Notes under the pieces: model-generated
What the model was told of the DNA's origin: nothing
The model's input: only the letters and a program-made list of their open reading frames with translations
Databases searched by the model: none
Translations under genes and position numbers: made by a program
In this document: piece by piece, positions 48,708 through 56,024 of the stretch
Position numbering within the stretch: the first letter of the stretch is position 1
How the letters are laid out: every line of letters starts with the position of its first letter
Origin: Promethearchaeota archaeon
GTDB taxonomy: Archaea > Asgardarchaeota > Lokiarchaeia > Sigyniarchaeales > SOKP01
Length of the DNA stretch: 60,431 nt
Direction of reading: 5' to 3'
NCBI GenBank assembly: GCA_011364975.1
Contig: RDOE01000010.1
Span: 1 to 60,431 of the forward strand

Positions 48708-50006
48708 TTAAATTTTTTGTTCCATCTCAATTTCCATAAGTTTTTTATCAGTGAAATCTTTGACTTCAATTTTGCCAATTTGGTCTAACTTTCTGATTTT
48801 TGTAAAGAACCATAATAAAATTGGATTTATAATACCGATTATTGCACATATGAGATAGAGGTTAGTAATACCCATAAAATCTGCTGCTGGACCAGCGATG
48901 AGTGCTCCAATTGGTGCAATAGCCATGGATAATGTGTGATCAATTGACATAGCCCTTCCAATTTTATCAGAAGGAACAACTTCTTGAAAAATTGTAAGGT
49001 ATGTTGCGACAGTAATCGGAAATGTTATTGCTCCAAGAAACCCTCCGAGCATCATTATATAAAATTGTCGATAAGGTGCAAATATCACTAAGAGGTATGC
49101 CATAAAAAACACACTTTCTCCAATAATATTCACTTTTACTTTACTATTCCATTTTTTCTTAATTGTGGTAATTATTGACCCAATGATATTTCCTATCTGG
49201 ATAGCACCAAAAATGAATGCTAAATCAAAAGCTGTCCCCCCATGAGTAATATTGATATAATAAGGCCATAGAACATTAAATGGCCTAAAAATAAAATTAA
49301 ATATCATAGCAAAACAAATAAGTGCTAAAAGCCCAGGAATTGATTTCACAAGTTTAAAACCATCAACCAATTCTTTCATGAATGGTTCCTTTTTTAAATT
49401 ACCGATATCTTTACGTTGGTGTGGTATTTTAATCAATAATAACGGAATCAATGCTATCAGATAGGTCACCACATCAATCAAGAAAATGTATGTAATTGGA
49501 AAGAGTTCTAATAATAAAGCAGAAAGAATTGGACCAACCATAAAAATGATCCCTGAAAAAAGAAAGTTAGCTCCATTAATACGGCTCAATTTATCCTTTG
49601 GAATCATACTTGGGATAATTGCTTGAAATGCTGGTACTTGTATTGCGAACAGAACATTTCTCATCGTATGAATAAGAAGAATAAACCATATATCCGTTAA
49701 GTCAAAGAAAAATAAGAAGAATAAACCTAAAGTCAAAATAGCTTGACCTGAATCAACAATCATTATTATAGTTTTGCGACTTATTCTATCTGCCACTACT
49801 CCTGCGAATGGAGTTACTATCACTTGAGGGATAAATATCAAAAAAGTGGCTATTGAGAGATATATAGCGCTTTGGGTTTCAATAGTAATCCACCAAGTAA
49901 TTACAAAACCAATAATACCTGAGCCTAACAACGAAAATTGTTGCCCAAACATGAAATAAAGATAATTTTTAAACGATTTTTTAGTCGGTATTATTTCAAA
50001 ACTCAT
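48708..50006 (-). CDS. MFS transporter (MefA/DHA3-like), tandem paralogue
   Basis: GQQFSLLGS, PFAGVVADR.SRK, about 12 TM. Confidence 0.9.
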   Translation of the reverse strand: MSFEIIPTKKSFKNYLYFMFGQQFSLLGSGIIGFVITWWITIETQSAIYLSIATFLIFIPQVIVTPFAGVVADRISRKTIIMIVDSGQAILTLGLFFLFFFDLTDIWFILLIHTMRNVLFAIQVPAFQAIIPSMIPKDKLSRINGANFLFSGIIFMVGPILSALLLELFPITYIFLIDVVTYLIALIPLLLIKIPHQRKDIGNLKKEPFMKELVDGFKLVKSIPGLLALICFAMIFNFIFRPFNVLWPYYINITHGGTAFDLAFIFGAIQIGNIIGSIITTIKKKWNSKVKVNIIGESVFFMAYLLVIFAPYRQFYIMMLGGFLGAITFPITVATYLTIFQEVVPSDKIGRAMSIDHTLSMAIAPIGALIAGPAADFMGITNLYLICAIIGIINPILLWFFTKIRKLDQIGKIEVKDFTDKKLMEIEMEQKI

Positions 50007-50210
50007 TTTAAGCTTTTCTCTTTTTAGTTTAACTTTCTAAATTTATACATCTCTTGAAAAAGTATAGGATTGATTACATAATTAGTTTTGATTCATGAAC
50101 TTCGGTTAAAGTTCAAACTTAATTGAAACTGAAAGTGAACTAGTAATTTACTTATCAAATTTTCAGCAAAAAACGTTAAAATAAATCTAGAAGATATTTT
50201 TTATTTGAAA

Positions 50211-50834
50211 TTATCGAGGTTTCTTCCGTTTGAACTTAGGAAAGATTGCGCCGGTTCTTTTTTTATAATTTATATATTCATCTCCAAATCTTAAAATAAG
50301 ATCTTTTTCTTCATAATATATGACAATTGGAATTATCAGTACCATTAAAACTGAAAACCAGATAAGAAGAAACAAAGAATTAATACCTAAACAAATAATG
50401 ATAAATAGTGGTATTGAACCAGCAATTTGAGGATGACGTATATGCTTATAAATTCCTCCATAGAGTTTAGTTTCTTCTGATGGTTTAATTGTTTCTTTTC
50501 CAGCAACCATAATAGATTTAAAAATGATAATCACGAAAGGAATTGCGATTATAATTGAAATAACAACAGCTAAAGAATCATCCGTGATTATTTTCCAGTT
50601 TAATTCCGAGATTGGAACAAATTTCCAAAGGAATAAATTAATAAGAAGCATCAACCACAAAATATCTGAAACTACTCTTAAAATTTTGCCTTCCTTATAT
50701 GCTCTTTGCCCAATTCTTTTTTCTCGACTAGCAGGTCTCACACTTAAAGTGTAAATAATAAAACTCAGAATTGCAGAAATATTTAGGAATAAAAAATTCA
50801 ATAAAGCTAGTATTTCAACTATTGTGTTCACCAT
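50211..50834 (-). CDS. Isoprenylcysteine carboxyl methyltransferase/PEMT (Ste14) family protein
   Basis: L..GGIY..IRHP...G and EE..L..RFG.EY..Y..RTG..FP motifs. Confidence 0.85.
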   Translation of the reverse strand: MVNTIVEILALLNFLFLNISAILSFIIYTLSVRPASREKRIGQRAYKEGKILRVVSDILWLMLLINLFLWKFVPISELNWKIITDDSLAVVISIIIAIPFVIIIFKSIMVAGKETIKPSEETKLYGGIYKHIRHPQIAGSIPLFIIICLGINSLFLLIWFSVLMVLIIPIVIYYEEKDLILRFGDEYINYKKRTGAIFPKFKRKKPR

Positions 50835-51002
50835 TTCTATATTAAAACTCTTAGTTTATAAAATGCTTTTCTTGGTAGTTTTTAATATTATTTTAATAAT
50901 TAAATCTAATATTTTTGAAAAGTGATAATTTTTTATATTAGAAAAAGATATATAAATTATCTTTATTATTATGTTTTAAACTTATATTTTATATAGGTTA
51001 AA

Positions 51003-51347
51003 GCACCTGAGCAAGTTTCTGCCCAGGTGCGGGATTTTGGATTTGGAATAAGACTGGAAAGTCTTATAAAAAGGTTAATAAAAATGAGGAAATAAGCAAA
51101 ATTGTTTGTTTTCTCTTTTTCTTTTTTACCTTCTAAACTTTTATTTTAACTTATTGAAACTCTCTTCAAATACTTTAAACAAATTTACCCCATCTCTCCC
51201 AAGCGGGGTATTAATTCTTAATAATTAAAGAGGGTGAGCAATATTTGAAAATATAGCACCCTTCTTTAAACATTTTTTCCACTTATAAATTATGAATTGA
51301 AAATCAATGTCAATTTAATAGTTTTTACTTCCTTTTTAAGTTGACAT
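51003..51347. ncRNA. Candidate structured non-coding RNA or cluster of hairpins
   Basis: Five stem-loops (51003-51030, 51048-51067 with GGAA tetraloop, 51186-51210, 51225-51269, 51307-51347) in a 740-bp ORF-free gap; TATA-like sequence at about 50981, T-tract at about 51108-51127. Confidence 0.35.
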
Positions 51348-51577
51348 ACTATTTGGGGTTTCTTATTAAGAATCACTAATTTTTTTAATAATTTTTTTCA
51401 ATAATGTAGAATCTAAATCTAATTCTTACCAATCCATTAAATTAAGATTATAAATTTACAAAATCTAATAGGATTAAATCAAACTATTAAATTCTGAAAA
51501 ATAAATTTGGCAATATTTAATTTAACCCAAAAGAATGGTAAGAACCTTTATAATAAGAAAATCTGAAGAAGCAAAAA

Positions 51578-54115
51578 ATGAAAAGTGAATTTATTAAATT
51601 ATATAATTTAGCAAAACTAAACTCATTGGAAATTTTAATAGAAGAACGTATCCAATATGTTGGTTCCAGTCAATCTCGATTTTTTGAAACTTATTTTAAG
51701 AATCAACAAAATCTAAGGAAAAAAGTAATTATCACTAAGATTTTTAGTTCGATCATTTTTAGCATCTTACCGTTAATCCCATTGCTCACATTTTTTCAAA
51801 TTGATGATTCATTAACGAGTGGGTTATTCTCTATTGATGTTATCGTCTTTGCAGGAAGCTTGCTTTTTAGTTTATATTTTTTACTTCAATTTTTTAATTT
51901 TTTTCTATTAGGTATCTTTAATGTATCTTTAATAATTTCTGGAAGAATTTTTAGATGGTACGAAACCTTTCCGTTGCCAAGGGAGAAGTTACGTAAATTG
52001 GTTCATTTGACTATATTTCGAAGTCTTGATCTACCAATTATAATTTCAATTCTTGCTTTCCCTCTTTTAATGTTAATCGGGACCTTAAATATTCTTCTTT
52101 TTGTGATATGTTTTTGCGTATCGTTCCTAAATACTTTCTTTTCATTTAATTTATTAATATTAGTTGGAGAAAGGATCAATCGAAATTTAGATATTAATGA
52201 AATAGGATCTCGTAAAACATTTGGTATAAGGATGTTTAATATGTTTAGTTATTTGATTATCATTGTATTAAGTGTTTATGCAATTCAATGGGCAATAGGA
52301 TCGCTAAATATATTTTTTACTTGGTTTCTTAATGTTGAGAATTCGTCTTTAATAAACCAAATCTTTAGCCTTATAATCTTTCCCTTCACTCCCAGTTATT
52401 TGATTTCCTTATTTATTGACCCTCTTGCTGTTCCTCCACTATTATGGGGAACAAGCTTAATAGGGGTAGGAATTTTTATCCTCCTCGCTTATCGTATATA
52501 TATTAACGCCTTAGTTAAATTAGAAAGAAAAGTGTATACACGGTTTGATTTAAGAAGAAAAAGTATTCAAGATTTAAAAAAGAATTTAGTAAATTCTCAT
52601 AAAATCAAGGTAAGGTCTCCTTTTGCTGCTTTTATCCTTAAAGATTTTCTTACTGCATCAAGAAACCTAAAAACATTTATGGCTTTTATTATGCCTATTG
52701 TTTTATCATTTGTTTTTAAATTTTCGTTTAATTTGGCCACTTTAAGGATAACTGCTCCAATAGAGTCAAATTTGTTATCAGATTGGTTTATTACTATATG
52801 CTTTAACGTAATTTTAGCTGCTATGATAATTTATAATATTCTCAATATTGAAGAATCGGGTGAAACCATATTAGTTTCACTTCCAATCGTGCACAGAGAT
52901 CAAGCGAAAGCTAAATTATTATTGATAATTAGCATCCAAATCTTAGCTTTAATTCTTCCTAATATAATGTATATTTCAGATTCTTTATTTATTGAAAAAT
53001 TATTAATTTCTATTGCTGCTTTACCCCCAATTCTCTTATTCCTATTTGTGATCTTTGAGATGAGGATCTACTATCTTGGAAAATTAAAAAACCATTATGT
53101 ATTAACAGAAATTTCCACTCAAGATACCTTTTTTAAATGGTTTTTAATTATATTAGCAAATCTTTTTTTTTGTATTTGGTTCATAGTTATAGCACTTAGT
53201 TTTTTTTATACCTCAGGAATTCAAAGTATGGTAGGTTTCATAATTGCAGTTCATATCATTTGCATTTTCTACTTATATCTGGCCTTTAATTCATTATTTC
53301 CTAAAAATAAAATCCGAATTATTAGTGAAATTAAGACTCCTTTACACCAACTAGAAAAATCTGAGAAAAAGAAGATTCCAACTTGGTTTTCAATGCACAT
53401 ATGGACATCAATTGTAATACTTTTAATTCTAAATTATATTTTTTTAATTCTCGCATTAATAATTAGTCAATTCCTCTTTGCAACTTATTATGAAAGAATT
53501 GAATTTGAAATTGCAAAAATTGGTTCAATTTTCTTTTTTAACATGACTTATTTTTGTTTCTTAATCATCCTAATCCCAAAATATTTTGGTTTGCCAACTG
53601 GAAAACAACCTTTATCCTCTTATATTGATGAAATTGGATTACATTGGTTACGGAGAATAAGTAAACAAATTGTTCTAGGATTGATCTTTGCTATCTTGTT
53701 TCTTTTTTTTGTATCCCTATTTATTGGAATGATCTCATCTTATGAATCTATACAATCTTTCATCTATTTTGATATTGCATTTTATGCATATTTTATAACA
53801 ATTTCATTACTTTTTTGGTATGAACTCTTATTCCGGGGTGTGATTTTAAAGCTTTTATTAAATAAATATAATAATAACAAGGCAATAATAATTAGTAGCG
53901 TTTTATATACTTTTTTTGTATTAGGTACAAACCTAATTACTCCCTTTTATTATCTTAATGTTTCTTATATTATAATTATAAAAATAATCTTTTTGTTTAT
54001 AATGGGATGTGTTTTCGCTAAATTAAAAATTAAGACTCAAAACCTTCTCCCAAAGTTAATTCTTCTGATGCTAATGATTTTTTTTGGATTAGAACCCTTA
54101 ATTTCATCAAAATAA
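51578..54115 (+). CDS. ABC-2-type exporter permease fused to a degenerate CPBP (CAAX protease/Abi) domain
   Basis: About 12+ TM permease part (LPL, ILKDF....RN, E..G....SLP....Q..AK) plus C-terminal WYELLFRGVI. Confidence 0.7.
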   Translation: MKSEFIKLYNLAKLNSLEILIEERIQYVGSSQSRFFETYFKNQQNLRKKVIITKIFSSIIFSILPLIPLLTFFQIDDSLTSGLFSIDVIVFAGSLLFSLYFLLQFFNFFLLGIFNVSLIISGRIFRWYETFPLPREKLRKLVHLTIFRSLDLPIIISILAFPLLMLIGTLNILLFVICFCVSFLNTFFSFNLLILVGERINRNLDINEIGSRKTFGIRMFNMFSYLIIIVLSVYAIQWAIGSLNIFFTWFLNVENSSLINQIFSLIIFPFTPSYLISLFIDPLAVPPLLWGTSLIGVGIFILLAYRIYINALVKLERKVYTRFDLRRKSIQDLKKNLVNSHKIKVRSPFAAFILKDFLTASRNLKTFMAFIMPIVLSFVFKFSFNLATLRITAPIESNLLSDWFITICFNVILAAMIIYNILNIEESGETILVSLPIVHRDQAKAKLLLIISIQILALILPNIMYISDSLFIEKLLISIAALPPILLFLFVIFEMRIYYLGKLKNHYVLTEISTQDTFFKWFLIILANLFFCIWFIVIALSFFYTSGIQSMVGFIIAVHIICIFYLYLAFNSLFPKNKIRIISEIKTPLHQLEKSEKKKIPTWFSMHIWTSIVILLILNYIFLILALIISQFLFATYYERIEFEIAKIGSIFFFNMTYFCFLIILIPKYFGLPTGKQPLSSYIDEIGLHWLRRISKQIVLGLIFAILFLFFVSLFIGMISSYESIQSFIYFDIAFYAYFITISLLFWYELLFRGVILKLLLNKYNNNKAIIISSVLYTFFVLGTNLITPFYYLNVSYIIIIKIIFLFIMGCVFAKLKIKTQNLLPKLILLMLMIFFGLEPLISSK

Positions 54116-54158
54116 ATGATTATAAGTTCATAAAAATAAATGATTATAAGGTTGGAAT

Positions 54159-55013
54159 ATGCTAAAAAAAAATAAAAACTCTGAAATAAAAAATAAGGAA
54201 GAAATTAACCAAAATTTTATTTTTCCTAAATTAGACACTAATACTAAAATACATGAAATTAAGTTTCTACCAATTATTTTAATACTTTTCATATTTTTTA
54301 ATTACTTAGTTTCAATATTACCCATTGAAGAATATTCTGATCCTTTTATATTTAGTTCTAATCAAATAAGTATACTAGTTCAAACATTGGGCAACATTTT
54401 TATTAAGAATTTACTTTTGGGAACTTTAATTTTTGGACTTTATCCAAAAATTCTAGGTTTTCATTATAATCGTCAAAATTATTTCATTTTTTTCGAAAGA
54501 ATCGGAATGGATTGGCTAAAATCTATTTTTCGGTATATTATTCTGAGTTTCGCGATCTTTAGTTTAATAATCCTTGTATTCCTTACTTTATATCTGGGCT
54601 TTATAGTTCCTTACTTTAGTTCTTTCTCAGAGATATTTATGCCTAATTTTTACTTTACTCTCACCATGTTAGATCTTACATGGTTCATAGGATTTTCAAT
54701 TTGGCAAGAAATTGTATTAAGAGGTATTATATTAACCATATTATTACATCACTTTAATAAATGGACGGCAATAACATATAGTTCTTTTATTCATTTATCC
54801 TTTTATATAACAATGATATTCCTCACTTATCCATACTATTTGGTTATAAATTTCCAAATTTTTTTCGTTTTTCCAATTATCCTGTTATATTCCTTAATAA
54901 ATAGTTATTTATTTTATAAAACTCATTGTTTAATATCAGGAATTATATTTAATTCTGCCATTTTATCGGTTTCAATATTATTACCTTATATAATCTACCC
55001 ATGGTTGGTTTGA
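54159..55013 (+). CDS. CPBP (CAAX protease/Abi)-like membrane protein, degenerate active site
   Basis: WQEIVLRGII motif 1, A...SS, Y.KT..L..GI. Confidence 0.7.
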   Translation: MLKKNKNSEIKNKEEINQNFIFPKLDTNTKIHEIKFLPIILILFIFFNYLVSILPIEEYSDPFIFSSNQISILVQTLGNIFIKNLLLGTLIFGLYPKILGFHYNRQNYFIFFERIGMDWLKSIFRYIILSFAIFSLIILVFLTLYLGFIVPYFSSFSEIFMPNFYFTLTMLDLTWFIGFSIWQEIVLRGIILTILLHHFNKWTAITYSSFIHLSFYITMIFLTYPYYLVINFQIFFVFPIILLYSLINSYLFYKTHCLISGIIFNSAILSVSILLPYIIYPWLV

Positions 55014-56024
55014 ATGAAAAATTTAAGATATAAATTAACTTCAAATAGATTTAAAAAAACTATACTATATAGTGTCATATTAACTTCCTTAATTATATTT
55101 TCATCATCTATTTCAATAAGTTTAGGATTAAAAAAATCCTCTGAAAACTTAAATTTACGAATAACAACAAAAACCTCGATTTTTGTTGATGATACACAAT
55201 CTGCATTCAATTGGGCAAGTGCAAATGCTAGTGGAATTTGCACGGGATCTGGAACTTTTTCAGACCCCTATATTATACAAGATAAAATAATTCAAGGAAA
55301 TGGAGGTGAAAATGGAATTTGGATTCAAAATTCAAACGCGTATTTTCTTATTTTGAACTGCAGTATCTCAAATTGTGGTGAAAATTATAAAACGGGGGGA
55401 TTAAAGCTATATCAAATAGAAAATGGTGCTATTCGAAATTGTGATATAAGTGATAATAAAGGAATGGGTGTAGTAATTGAGAACTGTGGTATTAGCGATA
55501 TTACCAATAGTAATATTAATCGTAATGCTAAAGGAGGTATTTTTATCAGTCAAGTTGATGGATTTTACATGCGCTCCAGCATATTAATTGATAATTATGA
55601 CCATGGAATAGAAATAGTAAACAGTATTGATTGCTATCTCATTGATAATTATTATGGAAATTCGAAGAACACTAATCTACTTCCTATACTATTTGGGATT
55701 AATTTAAAAAATACTCATAGCAACATAATTGCAGGAAATACGATAAAAAATTATATTATAGGACTTCAATTAACTAATAGTAATGCCAATAGGATTGAAA
55801 ATAATACTTTTAGTTCCAATTCTTATTCTATTATCGAATCAAATGATTGTATTGATAATAGTTTTTCAAATAATGCTATTAATATTAGTGGAAATAATAT
55901 AATTGGAGCTAATTGGGTATTACTCTTATTAATATTTACTACTTTCTTAGGAATATCTTTTATGATAAAAAGACAAATAAAAAAAAAAATTTTAAGAATT
56001 TTTAACATTTACAGTGGCAACTAA
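55014..56024 (+). CDS. Secreted right-handed beta-helix (NosD/PbH1) protein with C-terminal TM anchor
   Basis: Signal peptide, GSGT..DPYII motif, GI.I.N....I.N repeats, C-terminal hydrophobic helix and basic tail. Confidence 0.85.
   Translation: MKNLRYKLTSNRFKKTILYSVILTSLIIFSSSISISLGLKKSSENLNLRITTKTSIFVDDTQSAFNWASANASGICTGSGTFSDPYIIQDKIIQGNGGENGIWIQNSNAYFLILNCSISNCGENYKTGGLKLYQIENGAIRNCDISDNKGMGVVIENCGISDITNSNINRNAKGGIFISQVDGFYMRSSILIDNYDHGIEIVNSIDCYLIDNYYGNSKNTNLLPILFGINLKNTHSNIIAGNTIKNYIIGLQLTNSNANRIENNTFSSNSYSIIESNDCIDNSFSNNAINISGNNIIGANWVLLLLIFTTFLGISFMIKRQIKKKILRIFNIYSGN

Noticed and set aside
50095-50141. TGAAC/GTTCA repeats and a cUUCGg mini-hairpin upstream of the MFS pair
   Set aside because: Stems of only 3-5 bp are too weak to call without comparative data.
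51225-51269. SECIS element or known riboswitch
   Set aside because: It lacks the AUGA/GA quartet geometry, no upstream gene has an internal Sec-type UGA, and no known aptamer consensus was recognised.
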